Assembly (NCBI RefSeq): GCF_004322395.1
Contig: NZ_SCTW01000078.1
Span: forward strand, 7,790 to 71,789
DNA length: 64,000 nucleotides
DNA from: Methylobacter sp.
GTDB taxonomy: Bacteria > Pseudomonadota > Gammaproteobacteria > Methylococcales > Methylomonadaceae
Direction of reading: 5' to 3'
Part shown: piece by piece, positions 49,927 through 59,073 of the stretch
Layout of the letters: each line of letters starts with the position of its first letter
How positions within the stretch are numbered: position 1 is the stretch's first letter
Translations under genes and position numbers: made by a program
The notes under the pieces: model-generated
Database searches by the model: none
What the model saw: the letters and a program-made list of their open reading frames with translations, nothing else
What the model was told of the DNA's origin: nothing

Positions 49927-50537
49927 ACCATCTCAGCGACCTTCATCTTGACGCCCTGGCAGAAGTATTTAGCATCGGCGCAGGGCGTGCAGCGTTAAGC
50001 CTAAGCGAGATTGTTGGCGACGAAGTGCGCATTTCCGTTCCTTCTGTGCAAGTCGTTAACTCAGAAGACATTAACTCAACAACATTATCGCTGAACAGCG
50101 GACGGTTCGGCGCAGTAAATCAACATTTTAGCGGCCCATTTAATGCTGAGGCCGTACTTTTATTTACCGAAGATCAAGCATTAAAAATCGTTAGCGACAT
50201 GATGGGGTCGCAGATGAGTCTTGAAGAGCTCGCAGAATTTGAGCACGAAGCCATGTGCGAACTAGGCAATATCATTTTAAATGCCTGCCTGTCTGCGATG
50301 GCCGATATATTCAATTTTACCTTGGAAAGCTCTTTACCCGATTACACTGTAGCATCAGCCGACGAAATATTACATCGGCTCAAAGAGGATGCAAACCAAC
50401 CCTATGTCATGATATTACATATCGATTTAACAATCGAAAAGCGGCACACAGCAGGCAATCTCGTGTTTCTGTTAAGTTCCGCATCGTTGACTAATCTTGT
50501 TGCTCATGTCGATCAATTTATTGGAAGGTTTTCATGA
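49923..50537 (+). CDS. CheC-like phosphatase
   Basis: DALAEVFSIGAG and ELGNIILN repeats, ISVPSV; overlaps both neighbours by 4 bp. Confidence 0.85.
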   Translation: MNHLSDLHLDALAEVFSIGAGRAALSLSEIVGDEVRISVPSVQVVNSEDINSTTLSLNSGRFGAVNQHFSGPFNAEAVLLFTEDQALKIVSDMMGSQMSLEELAEFEHEAMCELGNIILNACLSAMADIFNFTLESSLPDYTVASADEILHRLKEDANQPYVMILHIDLTIEKRHTAGNLVFLLSSASLTNLVAHVDQFIGRFS

Positions 50538-51511
50538 GTGAAATTTCAGCAAAACGTTTTGACATGGAAGACATATTCAATGCGCTTAATCTCGGAATAA
50601 TTGTTGTCGATGCCGTTGGTAAGGTATTGCTCTGGAATAACTGGATTTCCAAACATAGCGGCATTCAAGAAGCCGATGCCCTTAATCATCAACTCGAAAA
50701 CGTATTCCCGGAACCTATATCGCCTGCATTCCTGACTGCGCTCAATAATACCTTAACATACAGACTGCCTGTAGTTTTGTCCACGGCCCTGCACCGCACG
50801 CCGCTGCCACTGTATCACGCATCCGAGGTAAATCAGCAACAGACCAGGATGTATCAATCGATCAGCATCACGCCCATTCAGTCAAACCTTAATGAATCAT
50901 GCTGCCTGATCCAGGTAACGGATTCCAGCACTTCAATCAAGCGGGAAAAAATACTACGCTCTCATTCTGAAATCCTGAAAAAAGAAGCGATAACAGACGG
51001 CCTGACTGATATCTGCAATCGCAGATTTTTCGATGCGCATTACGAAATGGCTGTAGCCGATGCCAAAAGGCAAAAACATCCTTTATCCATCTTCATGGTC
51101 GACATAGATTTTTTTAAATCCTACAACGATTTTTACGGACACGTAGCCGGCGATACTGTAATAAAGCAAGTCGCGGTCGCATTAAAATCGCAACTTTCCC
51201 GCGCCACCGACATAGTTGCACGTTATGGTGGAGAAGAATTCGTTCTGGTAATGCCGCATCTACCTAAAAAAGTCGCCGAACAATTTGCTGAAAAACTAAG
51301 AAACGCCGCTTTTAACCTGGCAATTCCGCATATGAAAGCTGCGCCATTCAATCAGATAACCATTAGCGTCGGCGTTTGCACCGGCATTCCGGAAAATGAC
51401 AGTAACTTGTTGAACAAAGCTGACGCAGCACTCTATCAAGCCAAACTAAAAGGCCGCAATCAGTGCATTTCTCTCCCGCTTTGCGAAGCCGAAGAATATC
51501 TGCAACAATAG
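50534..51511 (+). CDS. PAS-GGDEF diguanylate cyclase
   Basis: DGLTDICNRR, DIDFFKSYND, I-site RATD, RYGGEEF, ADAALYQAK. Confidence 0.92.
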   Translation: MSEISAKRFDMEDIFNALNLGIIVVDAVGKVLLWNNWISKHSGIQEADALNHQLENVFPEPISPAFLTALNNTLTYRLPVVLSTALHRTPLPLYHASEVNQQQTRMYQSISITPIQSNLNESCCLIQVTDSSTSIKREKILRSHSEILKKEAITDGLTDICNRRFFDAHYEMAVADAKRQKHPLSIFMVDIDFFKSYNDFYGHVAGDTVIKQVAVALKSQLSRATDIVARYGGEEFVLVMPHLPKKVAEQFAEKLRNAAFNLAIPHMKAAPFNQITISVGVCTGIPENDSNLLNKADAALYQAKLKGRNQCISLPLCEAEEYLQQ

Positions 51512-51628
51512 ATTCGTCTATCGTCACATCCACCGGATAAAACTCAAGATCAAAAACGGACAAAATATGATAAATGAGACGCTAACGATCCGATTAAAAC
51601 CCAGTTAAATTTTATTCAGCCGCATCGT

Positions 51629-53086
51629 ATGAAATTCAAACCTTCCGCTATTACCCTGGCTTTAACTCTTGCGCTCTGCTCCGCTCCGCAGCAGGCTGTT
51701 GAAATTACCAAAATCGAATTGCCCGACATGGGCGATTCTTCCGGAACCTTGATTACGCCCGCCGAAGAAAAAGAGTTTGGCGAAGCATTTTTCCGCAGTC
51801 TGCATTCGCAAGTTTCCATTAATCAGGACGCTGAAATTCAGCAATACATTCAGACTATCGGTGAAAAGCTAGTCATCAATAGCGACGCACCCAGCAATCC
51901 GTTCCATTTTTTTGTGGTAATGGAAAAAGATATCAACGCTTTTGCAGGACCTGGCGGCTATATTGGCGTGAATTCCGGACTAATTTTAGTCACCGAAGCC
52001 GAAAGCGAACTGGCATCGGTGATGGCGCACGAAATTGCCCACGTTACCCAACGCCATTTGTACCGCGCTTATGAAGCCTCCAGCCGCTTATCGATCCCCA
52101 CGGCCGCAGCAACCCTGGCCGCTATTTTATTGGGCACCCAGTCTCCGGCTCTTGGTCAAGCCGCGATCGTAGCCATTCAGGCCGGCAACGTACAGTTTCA
52201 AATCGATTTTACCCGCGAGAATGAGGCTGAGGCCGACCGCGTCGGCATGCAGACCTTGGCGGGCTCCCAATATGACCCACGCAGCATGCCCACTTTTTTC
52301 GAACGCCTGCAGCAATCCAGCCGCTATTATGGACAGAATATTCCTGAGTTTTTAAGAACCCACCCGGTAACTGCCTCACGTATTTCAGATACCCGCGGAC
52401 GCGCTGAAACCTATCCTTACAAACAATATCCGGACTCGCTCGGCTATCAGTTAACTAAAGCAAAAATTCGGGTGCTAACCGACACTGACGAAACCGAAAC
52501 ACTTAAATATTTTCAATCCCGATTAACTCAAGGCACCACTGAGCAACGCGTCGTTGCCCGCTACGGGCTTGGGCTGTCTGCGCTTAATTCGCAAAAATTC
52601 AATGACGCGGAAACCATTTTTCAACAACTGAGCAAAGAATATCCAAATCAGGCGCAATATGTCGCAGCATTAGCCCGCACTGCACTGGAATCTAAAAATT
52701 ACAGCACAGCGCTTGCCCGATATAAAAAACTGACTGAGCAATTTCCGGATAACGAGGCCATTAAGCTTGAATATATTACCTCTCTGTTAAAAGCGGGTAA
52801 CGCAGAACAAGCGCGGAAAAACTTATTTCAGCTAAAGTCAAAAACCCAGCAACAACCGATTTATTCGCAACTGTTGGCTCAAGTTTATAGCGATTTAAAT
52901 CAACCTGCCGAATCTCATCGTTATCTCGCAGAATACTACTATGCGACAGGACAAACCAAGGATGCAATCCTGCAAATAAAGCTGGCTCAAAAATCCAAAG
53001 GTCTTAATTTTCAGCTATCTTCTATTCTTAATGATCGGCTCAACTTTTTTATCAATGAGGAAGAAGAGGCCAGACGCAACCGGTAA
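51629..53086 (+). CDS. bepA: M48 family metalloprotease with TPRs, BepA/YfgC
   Basis: LPDMGDS, INAFAGPGG, HEIAH, E.EADRVG, FLRTHP, C-terminal TPRs. Confidence 0.88.
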   Translation: MKFKPSAITLALTLALCSAPQQAVEITKIELPDMGDSSGTLITPAEEKEFGEAFFRSLHSQVSINQDAEIQQYIQTIGEKLVINSDAPSNPFHFFVVMEKDINAFAGPGGYIGVNSGLILVTEAESELASVMAHEIAHVTQRHLYRAYEASSRLSIPTAAATLAAILLGTQSPALGQAAIVAIQAGNVQFQIDFTRENEAEADRVGMQTLAGSQYDPRSMPTFFERLQQSSRYYGQNIPEFLRTHPVTASRISDTRGRAETYPYKQYPDSLGYQLTKAKIRVLTDTDETETLKYFQSRLTQGTTEQRVVARYGLGLSALNSQKFNDAETIFQQLSKEYPNQAQYVAALARTALESKNYSTALARYKKLTEQFPDNEAIKLEYITSLLKAGNAEQARKNLFQLKSKTQQQPIYSQLLAQVYSDLNQPAESHRYLAEYYYATGQTKDAILQIKLAQKSKGLNFQLSSILNDRLNFFINEEEEARRNR

Positions 53087-53213
53087 AAGTCTGAACGGCA
53101 GCTGAACAAAAAGCACTACTTGCCTGTCATTTTATTCATAAGGAACATCTAAAACTCTATAACAAACTGTATTTGTTATGCATTTTTAGGGCAATTAAAT
53201 TTTTCTCGATAAA

Positions 53214-53255
53214 CCTCATTTTTAAATAGACAATGAGGATTCATTTGAATAGAAT
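53214..53255 (+). promoter_or_regulatory. Predicted sigma70 promoter with overlapping inverted-repeat operator
   Basis: TAGACA (53227-53232)-17 bp-TAGAAT (53250-53255); CCTCATT-N11-AATGAGG (53214-53238) brackets the -35. Confidence 0.55.
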
Positions 53256-53259
53256 TTCA

Positions 53260-53432
53260 CCGGCTTAAGGGAGTAAGCCCGGTTTAATTACCGACTAAGA
53301 GGGGGAGTAGTCTTTTAGACTAGCTGATAATAATAATAAAATAAGTGACACTGCTTGGGTCAAGTTGTACACATTACAACTTAATAACAATAATAACAGC
53401 ACTCAACACGCCCGCTTTATGCGGGCTTTTTA
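53260..53432 (+). ncRNA. Candidate small RNA (unassigned family)
   Basis: Promoter upstream; two hairpins with GGAG loops; two AAN tracts flanking a perfect 8-bp hairpin; terminator GCCCGC-TTTAT-GCGGGC-TTTTT (53410-53431); no credible ORF. Confidence 0.55.
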
Positions 53433-53799
53433 TTGCCTGTAGAAACGCGACGGCTTTGCCAAAGAATATCGGCAAATGTAACCTTGACCAATGATTTACA
53501 ACAACTCGTCGTCCTGACTCCTCGTTCCCACACGCTGCGCCCATTTTTATACACAGACATCTACGGAGCATGCCGGTAGCAGACCTTCCAGGTTTTAAAA
53601 ACCTGGAAGGTCTAACTCGCAACGCTCTCAACAGGCAGGGCGTTTCGAATGGAACAACATGCCCCGTCCGGCTTGGTTCGAAATTTACCCGCTCATGGCG
53701 CTGGATTCCTATTTCCCGTGATAACGACTCTTGGACAGAGTTGCGCATAACCGTGAGCGCACCGCGCAGGAACCCAGCTCGAAAGACGAATAAATCCCC

Positions 53800-56106
53800 T
53801 TATATACTCAACCTTACCCCAATCCAGCCCGCCCTAGGCGCCCCCGGCGATACAAACCGGCCATCGTCAAAGCCCGGTAATACTTCGTTTGCCTGCCCAT
53901 AAACGCCGAAAGAGTTATAGTTCTTGTCGAAGATGTTATTGACCTTGCCGAATACGGCAAAATTCTTGGTCACCTTATATTCCGCCGTGGCATTGAACAG
54001 CCAATAACCGCTTAACGGTGCAGTGGTATTGGCCTCGTCGCCCCTGAAATATTTATTGCCGCTATAGGTGCCGTCAACGCCTACCGACACGCGCTTCCAT
54101 AAATCGACACTCAGATTGGCCTTATAGATATGCTCGGGAATACCGGGAATTCTGTCTCCGTTGACAACGGGAATCGCCTGAGCAGGGTTCAGCGGATTTT
54201 GAATATCGAAACCATCCATGTACCTAGCGTTTAAATAGGTGTAGTTGGTAGAAAAATGCCAGTCGTCAAACCGGCTGAATAATTGCGGATAGTTAACGGT
54301 TGTCGCTGCCTCGATACCGTAGCGGCGAGTCTTGCCCACGTTGCTGAAATAACCCTGGCTGATAATGCCGCTGGAGGCATCGCGGCGAAAAATAATGTCG
54401 TTATGATTGATGGTGTTGAAATAGCCTAGATTCCATTTTAAATCGCCTTTGCCTAACAGCTTATCCAAATCGCCCCTAAAACCGCCCTCCCAGCTTTTTG
54501 CGACTATCTGTTGCAGAGGGGGATCGGATACGAAAGAATTGGGTAATTTACACGGTGCAGTCGGATCAGCGCAGCTTAATTCCATCGGAGTGGGGGCTCG
54601 AGCCGACTCGCTATAGCTGCCATACACATTCAGGTTATCCCGGATTTGATAAGTCAAGCCCGCGGAAGGATTAAGCCGCTCAAAGGTATGCGCCCCATCC
54701 AGAGTTTTTAAAGGATCTTTTATATATTTATCTTCCATGTTGATATGACTATAGTTATAACGCCCGGCTACGGTCGCAGTCAGGTCATCGGTAATGGAAA
54801 AACTGTCAGTCAGGAACACGCCCACCGTTGAGCTGTTGGTGTGCAGACGAACCTTGGACTCATCGACAAAAATACCGCTTTGCGTTGTGCCTCGGGTATC
54901 GGTCAGCGAGCCCAGCTCGGTGTCCGAACCGAAATGCACCTCGGCATAATCGTAACTGGTGCCTACCGTCAGGTTGTTTTTATGCTTGAACAAGTCCTGG
55001 GCAAACGCCGTCTGCAACGTGCCTCCACGGCTGCGCATATAGGTTTGGCTGGTGTTGTTGGTTGCGCCTAAAACCGAATTGTCGGCAAGCACCTGATTAC
55101 TGTTTATATCGGTAACAATTGCCTCATCCTGATCGCACAGCAATGTCGGATCGGCGGCGCAGGCTGCATAATTGCTGTTATCGCCGTTAAAGGTTTGGAT
55201 TCTATTTTGCCGAAAATAGGCATTACCGCTCACTTCAACGTCATCAGCCAAATCGTAACTGCCTGCTAGCTCGGAAAAGAACATCCGAGTGACGGTCTGG
55301 TCGGGATGGGTAAATACTGCCGCCCGGTTTTGTTGCTGCAACTGGATCGGCGCGGCTCCGTTACCTTTCATATTATTATCGTTGCCGCCCAAGGTCAGGT
55401 CTAAAGAACCTTTATCGCCGCGCCAGCTCAGAGTGCCAAATGCCTGATCGGCCTTGGTCGGCGAAAAATCCCGCCAACCGTCTTCCTCAAAGTGATGCAG
55501 GTCTAAAAAATAACCCCAAGTACCGTTATTCCAACCGCTGCTTAATTCCTCCGAATGCCTGTCCCATGAGCCGCCGTAGACTTCCAACTCATGATTGGGC
55601 GCGGAAAACCCTGTCTTGGTCTTGATTGATATAGCGCCACCCAAACTGTTCAATCCATAAACCGGGTTTGACCCTGGATATAAAGCCATCGAATCAATCG
55701 CCCCTTCAGGAATCAAATCCCAATTAACCGTGTCGCCAAACGGTTCGTTAAACCGGACGCCGTTAACATAGGTGGATAACCCTTGCGGCAATCCCAACAG
55801 CGGTGAAGCGACAAAACCGCGGTAAGAAATGTCCGGTTGCAACGGATTGTTTTGTGCTTCATTGATGTGCACGCTACCCAGATAGCGGCTGATGTAATCC
55901 GCCAGAGTGATGCTTTGAGATTTTTCAAGCTGTTCGGAAGAAACGGTTTGGATATTGGCCGGTATTTTACTTGCGGCAACCCCATTACTCTGTAACGGTG
56001 TAACGCCAACAACATCGATGATACCCAGATCCAGGGGTTGGTCTTTAGCTGACACGACACCCGCTGCCAAGCCTAGCGGAAGTATCGCACACATAATTTT
56101 TCTCAT
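53800..56106 (-). CDS. TonB-dependent receptor
   Basis: Signal peptide, TonB-box-like IIDVVG, plug QPDISYRGFVASPLLGLPQG...NEPFGDTVNWDLIP, LFSGKVNNIFD-type barrel end, GAPRAGWIGVR terminus. Confidence 0.92.
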   Translation of the reverse strand: MRKIMCAILPLGLAAGVVSAKDQPLDLGIIDVVGVTPLQSNGVAASKIPANIQTVSSEQLEKSQSITLADYISRYLGSVHINEAQNNPLQPDISYRGFVASPLLGLPQGLSTYVNGVRFNEPFGDTVNWDLIPEGAIDSMALYPGSNPVYGLNSLGGAISIKTKTGFSAPNHELEVYGGSWDRHSEELSSGWNNGTWGYFLDLHHFEEDGWRDFSPTKADQAFGTLSWRGDKGSLDLTLGGNDNNMKGNGAAPIQLQQQNRAAVFTHPDQTVTRMFFSELAGSYDLADDVEVSGNAYFRQNRIQTFNGDNSNYAACAADPTLLCDQDEAIVTDINSNQVLADNSVLGATNNTSQTYMRSRGGTLQTAFAQDLFKHKNNLTVGTSYDYAEVHFGSDTELGSLTDTRGTTQSGIFVDESKVRLHTNSSTVGVFLTDSFSITDDLTATVAGRYNYSHINMEDKYIKDPLKTLDGAHTFERLNPSAGLTYQIRDNLNVYGSYSESARAPTPMELSCADPTAPCKLPNSFVSDPPLQQIVAKSWEGGFRGDLDKLLGKGDLKWNLGYFNTINHNDIIFRRDASSGIISQGYFSNVGKTRRYGIEAATTVNYPQLFSRFDDWHFSTNYTYLNARYMDGFDIQNPLNPAQAIPVVNGDRIPGIPEHIYKANLSVDLWKRVSVGVDGTYSGNKYFRGDEANTTAPLSGYWLFNATAEYKVTKNFAVFGKVNNIFDKNYNSFGVYGQANEVLPGFDDGRFVSPGAPRAGWIGVRLSI

Positions 56107-56493
56107 TCTTCAACTCCAAAGTTTAGTGCCGCTATGATAGCCAAACCAACATATCGGCACTAGGCAGCAGCGAAGAAAAGGAAATATTCCCAGATGTTGA
56201 AAGTCCGGCTCCGATATGAGCTCATGGACACAGTATTTTTGTTTATAGCCAGCATTACCTTGAAATATGCGCGCTATTACACATTTTCATTTTATTCCTT
56301 AATCTAACTTATTACTTAGCTTCAAATAAAACAACCGCTTTCATTGAAGTAAGTCATTGATTACAAAACAATAGCCCTGAAAAAGAATTTCTTCGCGCTA
56401 GTTTGACATTTAAAAGCGAATATGGCAGGCACAAAAGTAAGTCAGCACTATTTACTATCCGATCTCTCATCGAATCAACAGGAGTCCATCCAA

Positions 56494-56682
56494 ATGAAAG
56501 ACGCAAAGATAACGCCCTTATCAATACAGAAATACGTTGAAATATCCGAAGATATTTACGATGAGATTGAAAGGATTGAACACGAGGGGATCATTGCTGC
56601 CAAATGTATCAAGCATCCGCAATACGGCGACATCATCCTTATTTCGTCTCCTCAAGGAGGCTGCTTAATGATTCATTTTTGA
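56494..56682 (+). CDS. Small hypothetical protein (62 aa)
   Basis: CAGGAG about 9 nt upstream of the ATG at 56494, within ORF 56422-56682; globular-looking sequence with HPQYGDIILI. Confidence 0.5.
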   Translation: MKDAKITPLSIQKYVEISEDIYDEIERIEHEGIIAAKCIKHPQYGDIILISSPQGGCLMIHF

Positions 56683-56837
56683 CCGCACTTGTAAGTCCCT
56701 AAAATATTGGAGTCAGAGTTCCCAAAATAGGCTCTGCCGGGAAAAATTGCCGTAGGTTTATTCACATATCCGCCACAAACAAACCCAAGCTATAGGTATT
56801 TGGTTATAATGGCTCACTTACATTCCAAGACAAGCTG

Positions 56838-57803
56838 ATGCGGGTAAATCTTATGACTTTAACAACAAAGACTGTAACTAAATTGCAACGCTATTTTGAA
56901 GACCAAGTAACCGCATTAAAATCCAACGAAAGCTATCAAAATTTACTGGCTATGCCGCCGCAAAAACGTTGGGCGACAATAGCCGGACTGTTCCTGTTGT
57001 CGCAATTGGTGATATTCGGCAGCTTGTATTTAATTTTCGGACGGATTGTTGTTATCGGTTTTTTGGCCAGTATCCTTGCTGGTCTGGCTACAGGCCTTGG
57101 CGCCTTACCTGCCTTGTTTTTCAAAGACATTTCCAAAAACCTGTTCAACAGCTTGCTTGGCGCTGCTGCCGGCGTCATGCTGGCCGCGACCGCATTTTCC
57201 CTATTGGTTCCCGGTATGACATACGGCAACCAGATCTGGCCCGGTAAAGGCATTTATATCGTTTCGATGGGCATGTTGATAGGCGCCCTGTTTCTGCATT
57301 ATGCCGATCGTCAACTACCCCATGTGCATTTTGGTTCGATTTCCGACACAAACTTGACTTCCCTAAAAAAAATCTGGCTGTTCATCATTGCGATCACCAT
57401 TCACAACTTTCCTGAAGGCATGTCTGTCGGTGTCAGTTTTGGCTCCGGGGAAATGAAAGACGGCGTGGTTCTGGCTATCGCGATAGCCTTGCAAAATATC
57501 CCCGAAGGTCTGGCCGTAGCCCTGCCCTTGGTCGGACTGGGTTACAACAAGTGGCGAGCCGTAGGTATTGCGACTATAACAGGTCTGGTGGAGCCTGTGG
57601 GCGGCCTGCTCGGCATTACCATGGTCACCCTCTTTCAGCCTATTCTGCCGATAGCCATGGGCTTTGCCGCCGGAGCCATGCTCTTCGTGATCAGCGAAGA
57701 AATTATTCCCGAAACCCATTCCGACGGCCGTTCGCGCTATGCCACATTTGCATTGATGATCGGCTTCATCATTATGATGACCTTGGACAATATGCTGGGT
57801 TAA
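56838..57803 (+). CDS. ZIP family metal transporter (ZupT/GufA-like) with N-terminal extension
   Basis: ATGLGA, AGVMLAA, ITIHNFPEG, QNIPEG, GLVEP, EIIPE. Confidence 0.92.
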   Translation: MRVNLMTLTTKTVTKLQRYFEDQVTALKSNESYQNLLAMPPQKRWATIAGLFLLSQLVIFGSLYLIFGRIVVIGFLASILAGLATGLGALPALFFKDISKNLFNSLLGAAAGVMLAATAFSLLVPGMTYGNQIWPGKGIYIVSMGMLIGALFLHYADRQLPHVHFGSISDTNLTSLKKIWLFIIAITIHNFPEGMSVGVSFGSGEMKDGVVLAIAIALQNIPEGLAVALPLVGLGYNKWRAVGIATITGLVEPVGGLLGITMVTLFQPILPIAMGFAAGAMLFVISEEIIPETHSDGRSRYATFALMIGFIIMMTLDNMLG

Positions 57804-57863
57804 TGCCCATCTATTACTTGTGTTTTCAGTATACGCAGGAAAAAATCGTTCTCAGGAAACAAA

Positions 57864-58568
57864 ATGGATCATATTCAAAGCTATTTACAACATTTTATAA
57901 CCTCACTGAGCGCAACAGGTATTTTCGAAAATTTTCAAGGTTCTTTTCGACAGTTTTTATCGTTGCTGAACGGCGACAATTTTGCCGAAATATCGGCCAC
58001 GGCAATAACCAGTTTTGTCCTGATAGCAGCGGCTGAAATCGGCGATAAAAGTCAACTGGTATGCATGACACTGGCATCCCGGCACAGAGCCATGCCGATT
58101 TTATTGGGAGCGATTTCGGCTTTTGCCTTTTTAAATACGCTGGCCGTTGTTTTTGGCGTCGCCATTGCCAGCTGGTTGCCGGAGCATATCGTCGCAACAA
58201 TTGTCGCCTTCCTGTTTGCCGCCTTCGGCGTCCATTCCTTAAGAGTAGAAATGGAAGATGAAAATAATGAAATCAAGGAAAAAAGCGGTCACGGCATTTT
58301 CTTCACCACTTTTTTATTGATTACAATGGCTGAATTCGGTGACAAAACCCAGCTTGCTGTTGTTGGTCTAAGCAGCACTGCTGCACCTATTGCCGTATGG
58401 TTCGGTTCCACAGCAGCATTAGCATCAACATCCGCCTTGGGAATTCTGGCTGGTCGCACTATTTTGCAGAAAGTTCCTTTAGCGTTATTGCACAAGATCA
58501 GCGGAACTATTTTCCTGATACTCTCTGTTTTTGCAGGCTATCGGGCTTATGTCGGCTATCTAGGCTGA
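57864..58568 (+). CDS. TMEM165/GDT1 (UPF0016) cation transporter
   Basis: Two E-x-G-D-K-[ST]-Q motifs: EIGDKSQ and EFGDKTQ. Confidence 0.92.
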   Translation: MDHIQSYLQHFITSLSATGIFENFQGSFRQFLSLLNGDNFAEISATAITSFVLIAAAEIGDKSQLVCMTLASRHRAMPILLGAISAFAFLNTLAVVFGVAIASWLPEHIVATIVAFLFAAFGVHSLRVEMEDENNEIKEKSGHGIFFTTFLLITMAEFGDKTQLAVVGLSSTAAPIAVWFGSTAALASTSALGILAGRTILQKVPLALLHKISGTIFLILSVFAGYRAYVGYLG

Positions 58569-59073
58569 AAGTCAAAATGACTGCCGGCGAATTTTCAAGA
58601 TCCGTGCAAACTTGCAATAACCAATGCCGGAGTTTATTAGTACCTCCAATAACCTGCACTATATGCTTGATTGCGAACAAATCCCGCAATAGATAACCCT
58701 TGTATCAAGTAAGTAACCCCAGCGCCTCACACTTGGTGTTGCTTGCGATGTTTGGCTCTGCTCTTTCCCATACTTTAAAATACGATATGTAATTGGCAGG
58801 CAACCATTAATCAACTTTATAAAGCTACTCGCCCGGTTTGCATATCGCGACGGCATGGAGAGGAGTCTTCGTCAATGTCGGTAGCTAATCAGCCCTATAC
58901 TCATAGTTTGCTCAAAATTATCTATGACTCCTAAAATTGCGACAAAATATTGTTGCATTTACTAAGATTATTGAGAACAAACGGCTGGATAACATATTAC
59001 CCAGGCGTATTTTTTAAACTAGCTCACCTGTTTAAAGATAATTATTCTTAATTCAAAAGCATAAAATCAATCT

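Noticed and set aside
58634-58771. Minus-strand MGKSRAKHRKQHQV-UGA-GAGV... as a selenoprotein or short peptide
   Set aside because: No SD, no convincing SECIS hairpin after the UGA, and no redox motif.
58825-58895. Riboswitch-like AGCTAC/GTAGCT stem between GDT1 and yihY
   Set aside because: It does not fit the yybP-ykoY, glycine or c-di-GMP consensus as I recall them, and it is downstream of GDT1.
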